This document shows, piece by piece, positions 1 to 10,200 of a stretch of 64,000 bases of DNA. Each line of letters begins with the position of its first letter. The first letter of the stretch is position 1. A model generated the notes under the pieces. It ran no database searches. It was not told the origin of the DNA and was given only the letters and a program-made list of their open reading frames with translations. A program made the translations under genes and the position numbers. Source of the stretch: Abditibacteriaceae bacterium (GTDB lineage Bacteria > Armatimonadota > Abditibacteriia > Abditibacteriales > Abditibacteriaceae); assembly GCA_965277285.1 (NCBI GenBank), contig OZ255721.1, forward strand, positions 2,496,001 through 2,560,000, written 5' to 3'.

Positions 1-180
1 GCTTTGGAATTAAATCAAAGTCTCTTCAGCGAAGATTTCTCTGACACGCATTCGGCCATCGCAGCTTATGAAAAACAAATGCGCCTGAGAGCCTCCGAAG
101 TCGCAAAAATCTCGTTAGAGCAAACAGCTTCCCTGCATTCGCCAAACGCAATTTCCAACATGATGGAAATCATCAGTTGA
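1..180 (+). CDS. 3' end of a probable FAD-dependent monooxygenase (TetX-like family), truncated by the window edge
   Basis: Frame 1 reads ALELNQSLFSEDFSDTHSAIAAYEKQMRLRASEVAKISLEQTASLHSPNAISNMMEIIS*. This resembles the 'DALEL...AI..YE..M..R' C-terminus of flavin monooxygenases. Confidence 0.55.
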   Translation, partial: ALELNQSLFSEDFSDTHSAIAAYEKQMRLRASEVAKISLEQTASLHSPNAISNMMEIIS

Positions 181-418
181 AAGAAAATTACGGTTTGAAG
201 TAAGAACACAGCACCATCAAGAAGCTGCGCCCGACCTATTCCAACAAGTTTCTATTTGACGGCGCGCGGTGTTTTCGCCACAATGGAATGCGGTCTTCCC
301 CTCTTTAGCACAAAGGAAGGTCGCATTTTCGTTTTGTCTCGAGGTTTCGCTTTTGTCCCTTTCGTCTTCGTCACCGTCGTCCGCATCGCCCGATTCGAGT
401 ACTCGATTGTCCGCTTCT

Positions 419-2653
419 ATGGCGCAACGCCCGGATCGTTTCCGCCTGAGCTGGATTTTGATCCTTCTGGCGACAATTGTTTCGCTGGGCGCGTTTGTGA
501 TGCGCTGGGGTTATGAAAACGCGAACACGCAAGCGCAGCTCACGGTCGATTACGATGATACGCGTGGTTTGGCCGATGCGTATCAAATCACGCAAGACGA
601 TTTGTTGCATCAGTTGCACGAGCGCGGCGTGACCAGCATCGGGCTTTACGAACAATCGCTGGCGAGTTTGCGCAACAGCGGACGTTTGGCGGTCACAGCG
701 CGCGAAGAAGCCGAAAAACTTTATCCCGACGCCGCTTGGTCGCAAGTCGATAAACAATATCGTTTTCTCGTAACCACAACGCCCGATAACGCCGCTTTGT
801 TGCCCGCTATTTTGCCGCGCCTGACCGAACAATCGCAGCCCGCGACGCCGCCTCTCAACATTGAACTGGGACACGATAGCGGAACCGGCGTTCTCATTCC
901 CAACTCGCCGCTCCTCATCGGCGAAGCGTTGGTTGGCTTCGATCCTTTGCAAATTCAGCAGGCGAAAAACGCTGGACTTTCTGTCACGGCGCGCATTTCC
1001 AATCCACAAAATCTCAATCCGGCGCGCGTACGCACCTTGCTGGACGACGCAGTGAAAGCGCACGCCAAAGTCGTCCTGTTTTCTTCGGATGAAGTGCTGG
1101 GCTACGATTCGTTGATCAAGCAAGTGTCGGACGAAATGAAGAAGCGGCATTTATTGTTCGGCAACATCGAGTTCGGCAAGCAAAACGGCTGGGACGACTT
1201 CTCGAAAGACACTGACGGCCTGATCGTTCGCGTTCACAGCGTCGAAGGCTTGGAAGCTGGAAAGATGAAGACCGAAATGCTGGTGGATCGTTATGCGCGC
1301 GGCATCAAGGAACGCAACATTCGCGTCGCTTACATCCGCCTGATTCGTCAACTGCACGGCGAAGCCGACGAAAACAACAACGTCCGCACGGTCGGCAAAA
1401 ACGCTCTCGAACAAAACCTCGACTTCATCCAGGCGATTTCCGAAGACCTGCGCTTGAAACCTTTGGGCGGAATTTTGCGCCCCGCGATGGAAACCGGACA
1501 GGCACACGCTTTCGATAATTATCCGATTGCGTGGATGGCGCCGCACGTCGGAGGAACCAAAACCGCGACGATTTTAGCTTATGTGATGCGCTTTTTCGCC
1601 GGATTGGGCGCCGTCGGTGGCGTCTTATTGCTGCTCAATTTGTTCTTCGACTTGTCGCGCCGCACGGAAATGTTGTGGCTCGTCACGGGCATAATTTTGG
1701 TCGGTGGCATGGCGCTTTCCGCCGGAATGGGCGCCAAACTGATCGCTCTCGTCGTCGGCTGCGTGTTTTCTGTCGTCGGCATTATGTGGGGCGGACTTCC
1801 ACAACTGTGGGACAAATTGCATGGACGTTTTGCCAACGTGCCAAATGAAGAACCGACGGTTTGGTCATCGTTTGTGGACGGCTTCAAGATTCTGATTCGC
1901 ACTTCGCTCATCACCTTTATCGGGCCGCTACTCATCATCGCGCTGCTCAATCAATGGAAATATATGAGCGGCACCGACAAATATCTGCTGCCCAAAGCGA
2001 CGCAATTATTGCCCTTGTTTTTGGTCGGCTTGGCGTGGTGCGGCGATGTTTTCCCGCATCGAGTACTCGAAAGCGGCGCGACTGTCGCGCGGCGTCGTGC
2101 GAGACAGCGTTTCGCTAACGTCTTGAGTCAACCATTCACCGTGCGCATCGCCGTCGCAGCAGTGATCTTGTTTGTCATCGGTACCATTTGGATCGGGCGC
2201 AGCGGCAACGACAGCGGCATGGAAATCTCGCCTCTCGAACTAAAAATGCGCGCGTTTTTGGAACAAACTCTCGTCACGCGCCCGCGCACCAAGGAAATGT
2301 TCATCGGAATGCCGGCTGTTGTTTTCGCCGTCTGGTTTATGCGCCGTCGCCAATGGATTTTGGGTTTCGCCGCCGTCATTCTGGCGACGATTGGCCAGGC
2401 CGATATGCTGAACACCTTTTGTCACATTCACACGCCGATTTTCTATTCGCTGCTGCGCACCGTTCACGGCATCTGGATCGGCGCCGTTGTCGGCGGAATT
2501 GCATTGTGGATTTGGAATGCGATTGAAAAAATGCTCGCCAAACGTCGCAATTCGGGCGTTGACAACACCATCGAGTACTCGAACGGAATTTCGGCGAACG
2601 GCGTCGTCAAAAACGGCGTGGCACACTTTCCAGCCAACGTGGACGCGAATTAA
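419..2653 (+). CDS. DUF5693 family multi-pass membrane protein
   Basis: N-terminal TM, large soluble domain, many C-terminal TMs with RPRTKEMFIG and NTFCHIHTP motifs. Adjacent to csaB, as is usual for this family. Start placed at ATG 419. Confidence 0.8.
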   Translation: MAQRPDRFRLSWILILLATIVSLGAFVMRWGYENANTQAQLTVDYDDTRGLADAYQITQDDLLHQLHERGVTSIGLYEQSLASLRNSGRLAVTAREEAEKLYPDAAWSQVDKQYRFLVTTTPDNAALLPAILPRLTEQSQPATPPLNIELGHDSGTGVLIPNSPLLIGEALVGFDPLQIQQAKNAGLSVTARISNPQNLNPARVRTLLDDAVKAHAKVVLFSSDEVLGYDSLIKQVSDEMKKRHLLFGNIEFGKQNGWDDFSKDTDGLIVRVHSVEGLEAGKMKTEMLVDRYARGIKERNIRVAYIRLIRQLHGEADENNNVRTVGKNALEQNLDFIQAISEDLRLKPLGGILRPAMETGQAHAFDNYPIAWMAPHVGGTKTATILAYVMRFFAGLGAVGGVLLLLNLFFDLSRRTEMLWLVTGIILVGGMALSAGMGAKLIALVVGCVFSVVGIMWGGLPQLWDKLHGRFANVPNEEPTVWSSFVDGFKILIRTSLITFIGPLLIIALLNQWKYMSGTDKYLLPKATQLLPLFLVGLAWCGDVFPHRVLESGATVARRRARQRFANVLSQPFTVRIAVAAVILFVIGTIWIGRSGNDSGMEISPLELKMRAFLEQTLVTRPRTKEMFIGMPAVVFAVWFMRRRQWILGFAAVILATIGQADMLNTFCHIHTPIFYSLLRTVHGIWIGAVVGGIALWIWNAIEKMLAKRRNSGVDNTIEYSNGISANGVVKNGVAHFPANVDAN

Positions 2654-2722
2654 ACGAACCCGAAGCGTCAGCGAGGGAGATTACACAGAATTATCTCCAT
2701 CGCTCACGCTTTGGGTTCGTTT
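2652..2722. repeat. REP family B (AACCC..AGCGT.AGCGA.GG inverted repeat)
   Basis: Related palindromes at about 7208-7297, 22786-22869, 27962-28037, 49442-49571, 50879-50941 and 61195-61282. Confidence 0.85.
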
Positions 2723-2733
2723 GTTTTACATCA

Positions 2734-3810
2734 ATGAACTATCTGCTTTCGGGCTATTACGGTTTTGGCAACGCGGGCGATGAAGCCGTTCTATGCGGCG
2801 TGATGAACGCCTTGAAAGCGCAAGACCCAAAGGCGCACTTCATTGTCACGTCGGGCGCGCCCGAACAAACGCAACATCGTTACGAAATCGAGTACTCGAT
2901 TCGCGCCATTCCGCGCCAGAACCCGCGCGCTTTGATTTCCGCGATTCGTTCGTGCGACGTGTTCATTTCTGGCGGCGGCAGTTTGCTGCAAGACGTGACG
3001 AGTTTGCGCAACGTCGTTTACTACACAGGCTTGATGCGACTGGCGCTCTTTTTCCGCAAACCTCTGGTCGTTTACGCGCAAGGCATCGGGCCGCTCAATC
3101 GCAAAATATCGCAGAAATTGGCGCGTCGCGCGATCAATGGCGCGCAAGTCGTCACGGTGCGCGACGAAGATTCCAAAGCGTTATTGAAAAACATCGGCGT
3201 TCATCGCGCCATTGAAGTCGTCGCCGATCCGGTTTGGGCGCTGCAGCCCACATCCGTTGAAGAAAAAACAATTTCGCCAACGTGGAATGTCGCTTTGCGT
3301 TCATGGCCGAATGTTCCCGAAGAAACCGCCGACGAGTACGCGAAACGCACTTTCACAGCGATTTGCGAGGCCGCAAAAACCGCCAATGTTCAACTGCGAT
3401 TTCTGCCGATGCAGCCCACAGAAGACGCGCCGCTGGCGGAAAAATATCGCGCTGTGATGAACGAAGCTGACGAAATCGTGGATTTGAACGATTTGCATCC
3501 GCGCGAAGTTATGGCGCATTGTGGCAGCGCCAACGTGATGATTGCGATGCGATTGCACGCCTTGATTTTCGCTGCCGCGCAAGGTGTGCCGTGCGTGGCG
3601 ATCAACTATGACCCAAAAGTCGCATCGCTGGCGAAACTCCTCGGCGCGCCGCTGTTGAACATCGAAGACTTGCAGGACAGCAATCGAGTACTCGAAGCGG
3701 TCAAAAGCGCGCGCCCTCTTTCGAGCGAACAATTACAAACCTTGAAAGAACGCGCCAGTCGTGCGGCGGAGTTGGCAGTTGGAGTAAAAAGACGCCAGGA
3801 AGTGCAATGA
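2734..3810 (+). CDS. csaB: Polysaccharide pyruvyl transferase CsaB
   Basis: SGYYGFGNAGDEA, SGGGSLLQDVTS, AQGIGP, MRLHALIFA and YDPKV motifs. Confidence 0.92.
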   Translation: MNYLLSGYYGFGNAGDEAVLCGVMNALKAQDPKAHFIVTSGAPEQTQHRYEIEYSIRAIPRQNPRALISAIRSCDVFISGGGSLLQDVTSLRNVVYYTGLMRLALFFRKPLVVYAQGIGPLNRKISQKLARRAINGAQVVTVRDEDSKALLKNIGVHRAIEVVADPVWALQPTSVEEKTISPTWNVALRSWPNVPEETADEYAKRTFTAICEAAKTANVQLRFLPMQPTEDAPLAEKYRAVMNEADEIVDLNDLHPREVMAHCGSANVMIAMRLHALIFAAAQGVPCVAINYDPKVASLAKLLGAPLLNIEDLQDSNRVLEAVKSARPLSSEQLQTLKERASRAAELAVGVKRRQEVQ

Positions 3811-4346
3811 AAACTGTTCATGCGCGTTGGTTTGAAGTCGCCCTCGCACTTTTGGTCGGTTTGCTACTGGCGCGTCCGCTTGCCAATTTCTTTCATGGCG
3901 TTGGCGATGTGATAAGCGACGGTAGTTTTTTCCGAGAAGATCGCGCGCATCATCTCAACGATGGTCACATTTGGAATACAAAAGCTCGTTTAGCCGATTT
4001 GCAACGTGCTTTGCTCAAATATAGTCAGCACCACAACGGTGATTTATCTCCTTTGAAAAGCGCGAAGCTGACACGGCAACTTTTGCGCTCTTGCACTGAC
4101 GACAAACAGTGTTTCAATAATTTAAAAAACGTGCCGTTTCAGCCCAACACTTCGCTTGCCAACGTCAAATTCAACCAGATCAAAAATCCCGCTCACGTCG
4201 TGCTTTTCTACGATGAATCGCCGGCGGAAACTTATCCGCAAGTTTATTTCGTGACCGTTGATGGACAAGTCAACAATGTGAGTTCCAACGACTGGATTCG
4301 ATTGCAGCGCCTTTGGCAGAAACAGCAGAAGATTGGATCGCCTTGA
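3807..4346 (+). CDS. Hypothetical membrane-anchored protein
   Basis: ATGA overlap with the csaB stop; N-terminal hydrophobic segment. Confidence 0.65.
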   Translation: MKTVHARWFEVALALLVGLLLARPLANFFHGVGDVISDGSFFREDRAHHLNDGHIWNTKARLADLQRALLKYSQHHNGDLSPLKSAKLTRQLLRSCTDDKQCFNNLKNVPFQPNTSLANVKFNQIKNPAHVVLFYDESPAETYPQVYFVTVDGQVNNVSSNDWIRLQRLWQKQQKIGSP

Positions 4347-4401
4347 ATCGAGTACTCGAAGGCGCCAGGAAAACGCGCGTTTTTGATAAGATAAAAGAAC
4401 T

Positions 4402-5049
4402 TTGTCCCATATTTTTCTGGTTCGTCATGGTGAAGTGGCGGGAAATTCGGTGCAGGCGGGCGGGCGTTTGACTTTCGCGGGTTGGGAAGACAAGCCTTTG
4501 ACCGCGCGCGGCGAACAACAAGCGCAAGCCGTCGCACAGCGTTTGTCAACCGAAAAATTGACGGCGGTTTATGCGTCCGATTTAAGCCGCGCGCGCAATA
4601 CGGCGCAGCAAATCGCCAAACAGCATAATCTGGAAGTTCGGGTTGATGCGCGCTTGCGCGAAGTGAATTACGGCGCGTGGGAAGGTTTAGGTTTGGACGA
4701 GATTCTGGCGCAATGGCAAGACGTTTGGGACGCGCGCCGCCGCGATTTGGCGGGTGTTGCGCCGCCGAACGGCGAAAGTTACGGCGATTTGTGGAAGCGT
4801 TTATACCCGTGCTGGAACGAGATTTTAGCAAGTCACGGCGCAGAAGAGCGCATAGCGATTGTGGCGCATAATGGTACGTTGCGCGTTTTGATCAGTCGTT
4901 TATTGGGAATGCCGCTCGTCAATCTGCGATCTATTCACATGAGCAATTGCGGCATTTCCTGTTTTGAAATCAAAGCGGCGCACGCCGAGTACTGGAACGA
5001 TATTATCGCGTGTTTCATCAACGAAACCCATCATTTGAAAGAGATTTAG
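4402..5049 (+). CDS. Histidine phosphatase (phosphoglycerate mutase family)
   Basis: LVRHGE, YASDLSRA, LREVNYGAWEG, GES and VAHNG motifs; TTG start. Confidence 0.9.
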   Translation: MSHIFLVRHGEVAGNSVQAGGRLTFAGWEDKPLTARGEQQAQAVAQRLSTEKLTAVYASDLSRARNTAQQIAKQHNLEVRVDARLREVNYGAWEGLGLDEILAQWQDVWDARRRDLAGVAPPNGESYGDLWKRLYPCWNEILASHGAEERIAIVAHNGTLRVLISRLLGMPLVNLRSIHMSNCGISCFEIKAAHAEYWNDIIACFINETHHLKEI

Positions 5050-5147
5050 ATTTTACAGAGTGAAGAGAACATAAAAGCGTTCAAATTCGGAGTTAGTCGT
5101 TCTGAGAGGGTGTAGAGAATGTCGGAAAAGGTGCAGAAAACGCTCGA

Positions 5148-5234
5148 AACTACCAGTTTGTCATTCTGAGCGAAGCGAAGAATCTAACTTTACGATAGAT
5201 TCTTCGCTTCGCTCAGAATGACAAACTGGTAGTT
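5148..5234. repeat. REP/MITE family A (GTCATTCTGAG.G.AGCGAAGAATCT inverted repeat)
   Basis: About 39-bp arms. Further copies at about 12732-12819, 19909-19982, 23429-23502, 24937-25008, 26166-26246, 32400-32460, 33941-34038 and 45729-45802. Confidence 0.92.
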
Positions 5235-5276
5235 GCAAACATATTCTCGGATTTGAAACGAAGGAAAAGTTGGAAA

Positions 5277-7139
5277 ATGGCTCGAAACAATATCGACGAT
5301 TCGACGAAAAATCAAGTAAACGAAAATAACTCGCCAACCAATGGCGCTGTCAATGATGCCGCGCGTCGTGCCGGCGTGAACCGCGAGGCCGCGCGCCACG
5401 AACGCGAAATTGCACGCCGCGCCGCCCGCGATCAAAGCATTTACGAACCGGAAGACCCTTATGTGCCGCCGCTCTTTTCATTGAGCGGCATTCGTAATGG
5501 TCTGGTTCACAGCACGGCCAGCAAGATTGTCATGCTGCTGTTGATTTTCATTTTCGCCGTCGGTTTTTTGCTGCTCAGCAACAATCAACCAGCCAACTTG
5601 CCGATCAACGGGCGCACCAATCCTAATTCTAACGGTGCTACCGCGCCCGATCCGGTGGCGACAGTGGCAGGTCAGCCGATTCCACGCGCCGATTTCGAAA
5701 ACGCCGCGCAGAAACAAGCGCAACTGGCGAGTTTTTACGGCCAAACCGTGAATCCGACCAATTGGTTTGTTTTGCAACAAAGCGTCTTGCAGCAAATGGC
5801 GGGACGCGCTGCGGTTCTCAAAGCCGCGCAGGATGCTGGAGTCACGGCCAGCGACGACGAAATCAAGCAGCGCATCGAAAAGGAAATTACCGACAAAATC
5901 GCGCAGGACAGCGGCGGCAACGCGGCAGCCGCGCGGCGCATGATCGAGCAGCAATATGGTTCCGAAGACAAATACCGCGACGAACTGCGCAGCCAGTTCG
6001 ACCATGACAAAGTCGCGCAGGCGATTGTCTTCGATAAATATCAAACGCAATGGCAGAACGCGCATCAGGCGAGCGAAGCCGATTACCTCAAATCGCTGAC
6101 CAAGCTGGACTTGAGCGTGATTTCGACGCGTCCCAAAATGCCCGCGCCCGGCGACAAGAACGCGCTTGCAACGTTCAAGCAAAACCAGGCCGATGCCAAA
6201 ACGCGCATGGACAAAATCGCCGCGCAACTCAAAGGTTTGCAAGGCGCCGCGTTGCAAGCGAAGTTCGCCGCGCTCGCCAAAACCGACAGTGACGACGAAA
6301 CGACGCGCGGCAAAGGTGGCGCCTTGGGTTTCAAAGCGCCCGCCGATTTGCCGATTTCGCAGGACATCAAAGACGCATTGCAGGCGGTTTCGAGTACTCC
6401 ATCGCTGGTCGGGCCGCTGGAAGATAAAGGCATGGGCACGTTTTCCCTTTATCTCGTCGCAGGTAAAAAAGTCGATTTGCCCAAAGATTACGCGAAGAAC
6501 AAAGCCATTTTGCTGAAGACTTTTCAAGATCAGAGCGCGTCGGCGGCGTGGCAGAAATATGTGCAGGATTCGAGCACTAAAGCCGACATTCAAATCAGCG
6601 ATCCCGCGCTGGACGCCTTCAAAACGCAAAGCGGCCCGATGGTCGTGTTGGGCACCAACGATCCGCGACAGGACGTTTTGAAGAAATATGACGACGCTTT
6701 AGCCTTCGCTTCGGGCGATGAAGCCGCCGCCATTCATTATCAGAAAGCGCAGGTTTATCAGAGCTTGAAGCAGTCCGATAAATATCTGGACGAACTGCGC
6801 GCCTCGATTACTGCGGCGCAAAATGCCTTGCCAGTTCGACTGGAATTGGCGCGCGCGCTCCGCGAGAACAAAGACACCAACGGCGCCATTGAGCAATTGC
6901 AAGCGGCTTCCAAGCAATTAGCGGACACGCCCGCCACGCCATCGATTTTCGGTGGCAACCCCAACGACGCGCTGCACACGCAAATCGCCGCGGAATACAC
7001 TGCTTTAGGACGCACTGATCTGGCCGATGCCGAGCGAAAGAAAATCACGCCGACAGCGAGCGCGAACGCCCTCAATCAACGCAACAACATGATCACGATT
7101 CCGGGCGGCGCTGCTCCCAAAGTCATCGCCAAGCCGTAA
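5277..7139 (+). CDS. SurA/PpiC-like periplasmic chaperone/PPIase with C-terminal TPR-like repeats
   Basis: TM anchor, 'VATVAGQPI' SurA-N start, parvulin-like 'FAALAKTDSDD...KGGALGF', helical TPR-like tail. Confidence 0.75.
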   Translation: MARNNIDDSTKNQVNENNSPTNGAVNDAARRAGVNREAARHEREIARRAARDQSIYEPEDPYVPPLFSLSGIRNGLVHSTASKIVMLLLIFIFAVGFLLLSNNQPANLPINGRTNPNSNGATAPDPVATVAGQPIPRADFENAAQKQAQLASFYGQTVNPTNWFVLQQSVLQQMAGRAAVLKAAQDAGVTASDDEIKQRIEKEITDKIAQDSGGNAAAARRMIEQQYGSEDKYRDELRSQFDHDKVAQAIVFDKYQTQWQNAHQASEADYLKSLTKLDLSVISTRPKMPAPGDKNALATFKQNQADAKTRMDKIAAQLKGLQGAALQAKFAALAKTDSDDETTRGKGGALGFKAPADLPISQDIKDALQAVSSTPSLVGPLEDKGMGTFSLYLVAGKKVDLPKDYAKNKAILLKTFQDQSASAAWQKYVQDSSTKADIQISDPALDAFKTQSGPMVVLGTNDPRQDVLKKYDDALAFASGDEAAAIHYQKAQVYQSLKQSDKYLDELRASITAAQNALPVRLELARALRENKDTNGAIEQLQAASKQLADTPATPSIFGGNPNDALHTQIAAEYTALGRTDLADAERKKITPTASANALNQRNNMITIPGGAAPKVIAKP

Positions 7140-7241
7140 GAATTTTCCATAACACGCACAAAGGTTCGCGTACTCAAATCGAGTACGCGAACCTTTATTT
7201 GTTATGTCGAACGAACCCGCAGCGTTAGCGACGGGCTTACC

Positions 7242-10200
7242 TCACAGTCTGATGTGATTGTTACTCAAGCCCGTCGCTAACGCTTCGGATTCGTTCGGTT
7301 CCGCTTTGACCAGCGCGATTTCATCGTCGTCGTTCAAATGATCGTCGCCTTCGAGCCAGTGCAGCAACACGGCGCGCCATTCGCGCTTGGTGCGACACTT
7401 TCGCGTACTCGATTCAAGTTCCGGCCATAAACGCAGAACTCTACGGCGCGGACGAAACGCGTCATCCAAAAGCTGCAACGTGGCGGGTGTCAAAAGCGAA
7501 AGCAAAGTTGTCACGTCGCCGTTTTCGTTCCATTCGAGCAAGGCGGCGCCGTCTTCGCGTTCGCTTAAAAACTGACGCACCTTGTCTTCGCGCAAACTTT
7601 GCCGAAAAACATCCAGTCCGTTTTGTGCGATTGCTTCGATTTCGCGCGGATCGCGCAACTGCAAACGCTGTCCCCAACGCAAGCGGCAGGCAGCGCAAAC
7701 CGGCTCGTTCGACAAACGCCCATCGCGGCGGCAACCTTTGACGATCTCGTTTTGCAACGCGCTTTGCAACTCGTTCGCAAACGGAAAAGTGCGCGTTGCC
7801 AACGACGATAAAAGGTTCAACGCGCGCCATTCGTCGCTCTCTCCCAGGCGCCGATAAGTCGCAAAACGCGCCGGATTGTTCTGCGCCGCGTGCCATTCTT
7901 CATAGCGTTTCGAGTACTCGTTACGCCAACGAATGGCGTCCTCGGTCAAAGCTTCGTCGTCTAAAAACTGCTCGAAACGCGTCACCAATTCCTGGCGATT
8001 TTCGTTCATTTCCGGCGGCGCGATCAGTTCGGGATGTGTCAAAAACGAGTGCGTTTCCCACAAAATCGCGTGACGTTTTTCCAATTGCTCGATAATTTCG
8101 CGCCAACTTTGAACGACGGGCGACAACTCTGGGGACGACAACTGTGCGACGCGTGCCAAACTCTCCACGCCAGACGCGAGTTGCAAGCCTGTCGCAATCT
8201 GTCCCATCTCCGTCAGCGTTTCAGCCGCGCGCGTCAGGCTTTCGCTTGAACTCAACTTACGATGCCATTGATGCAAACGCGCCTGCGCCAGTTCAGTCGC
8301 GGCAACGATTTCGCTTTGCGCCGTTTGCAACAAGGAACGCGCCTGTTCTTGATTGGCAAATGACAATTCGCCCACAACCTCGCCACTCAAAAGCTCGACG
8401 ATTTGCGTCAAGCGCGCCCACGATTCTTCATCCAATAAACGGCCTTCGCGCAAGGTTTGAATCGAGCGACTGAGCGGCAGGCCGATTTCGTTGGGCGCTA
8501 AAAGCTGCCCGCGCGCATCGAAAGCTGCGATTTCGCCGCCGCGCAGCAAAGCGCACAGTAAAACTCGCGTTTGCAAAGGGTTCAAGCCCCAGGCGCTTTT
8601 TGCCAGATGCGCTTCAATCGCGCCCAAGGTCGTATTTTGTGATTGTCGCAGAACCATTAAAAGTTCGTTCGCCGCCGCGTTTCGAGTACTCGATGCGACG
8701 ATTTTCCAGCGCCCGCCCTGCTCGACCGCGGCTCCTAAAGGCTGCGCGATTCCACGAACAGTGCGTTCCAATGAGGCCGCGAAAAATGGCGCTTCGGTCG
8801 GGCGTCGCAAGGTTTCCAAACACAAAGCATCGGCGTTCGACGGCGTGAGAACGCGCAATCGTGGCGCGACTTCGGCGAAGCGCGGAAAAACGTTCGGCAA
8901 CGTCCATTCGGCAATCGCCTCAAGTGCGCTCGTCCAACTTTCGCCCAGCGGCAGTTCGCCCGCTTCAATAAACGCTCCGCCGCCGTTCGACAAACTGCCT
9001 TCGCGCAAAAGCCTGGCGCCTAATCGTGCCAGAGCGGTTTCGCGCTCGTTCAAGCCGCTTCGCAAATGTTCCAGCACGCCACGACCGCGCGCGTTGTCGG
9101 CCAGTTGCGGGTCATGCAGCAGTTGCGACTGCGCTGTGGCTTCGCGCGCTTGTTCCCATTCGCCCTTGGTTGCGCCGCGCGGAATCCACCAGACCAACGC
9201 GTTTTGCCAACGATGAATATCGAACTCTTCGTCGTGTTGCAGAATTTCCAGCGTCGCATCGACGCGTTCGCGCCAAGCGTCCGCCCAGCGCTCGGCGTCT
9301 TCGTGCGACGCATATCGAGTACTCGAAACGTCGCCCAAAACCGTCAGCGGCGGCACGATGAACAGCAAGAAGTCGTGCGCCGCATTCGCCTGAGTCAATG
9401 CGGCCAAACGGTTCGCCAGCGTTTCAATGGGCGGAACTTCGCTCGCCAGTTCGACGGCAACGACGCGCGGCGCATGAAGCCACATCACGTCGTGATTTCG
9501 ACTGCTCTCCAGCGACGCTAAAGGCATTTCTTCGCGGCAACAACCCAGCAGATAATGCGCGATGCGGCGGTCGCCAATCGGCAAGTTGTGCAGCACATTG
9601 AAGGTGAAACGTCGCGCCAATTCGCCCGCCCGCGCTTCGCCGTCAATGCCGTAACGATCCGCGAAAACGCCGTCGCGCCGCTCCAGCGACAAGCCCGCGC
9701 CGCCCAATCGCATCTTTTCCAGCAACACCTGCACGTACTCGTAATTGCCGTCGTTGGGCAAGCGCGCGTCCAGCAACAACGCATTCGTCAAAGCCGCGAG
9801 CGAAGCCGAACGCCCGCCGATTGTAAACAGCAAAACGCCTTTCATCAAAGCGCGCATGGTTTGCGCTTCGGCTTCGTCAATGGCGATGTTCCCCTCAATT
9901 TCCGGCCAGGCGCGCCACACTTCAACCAAAGGTTTTAAATCGGGAAACGTCGACAATTCGCTTTCCCAGAAATCGAACAAATCCGTGACAAGAACGCGAT
10001 GGCGCGCGGGGTTTTCCGTGTCGATGCTCTGACAAAATACGACCGCCGAGCGCGTGCGCGAACCGAAGCGCACTGCAATCGCGGCCAGCAAGCTGATAGT
10101 TGCAGGATGAAACGGGTAAAGTCGCTTCCATTCGTCGCGCCCAAAATCGAGATGCGGCAAGGCGCGCACGATTTCATCGTAAGCTTCATCGCAAAAACGC

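Noticed and set aside
269..418. Upstream start extensions in the ORF track (DUF5693, aroC, pstC, esterase, BON protein, hen1, HipA-like kinase)
   Set aside because: The extensions run through repeats or neighbouring genes; downstream ATGs match family N-termini.
5190..5435. Short ORFs containing 'VILSEAKNL' or 'CHSERSEES' peptides (also 12782-12979, 25918-26199, 33920-34192)
   Set aside because: They are translations of family A repeats, not genes.
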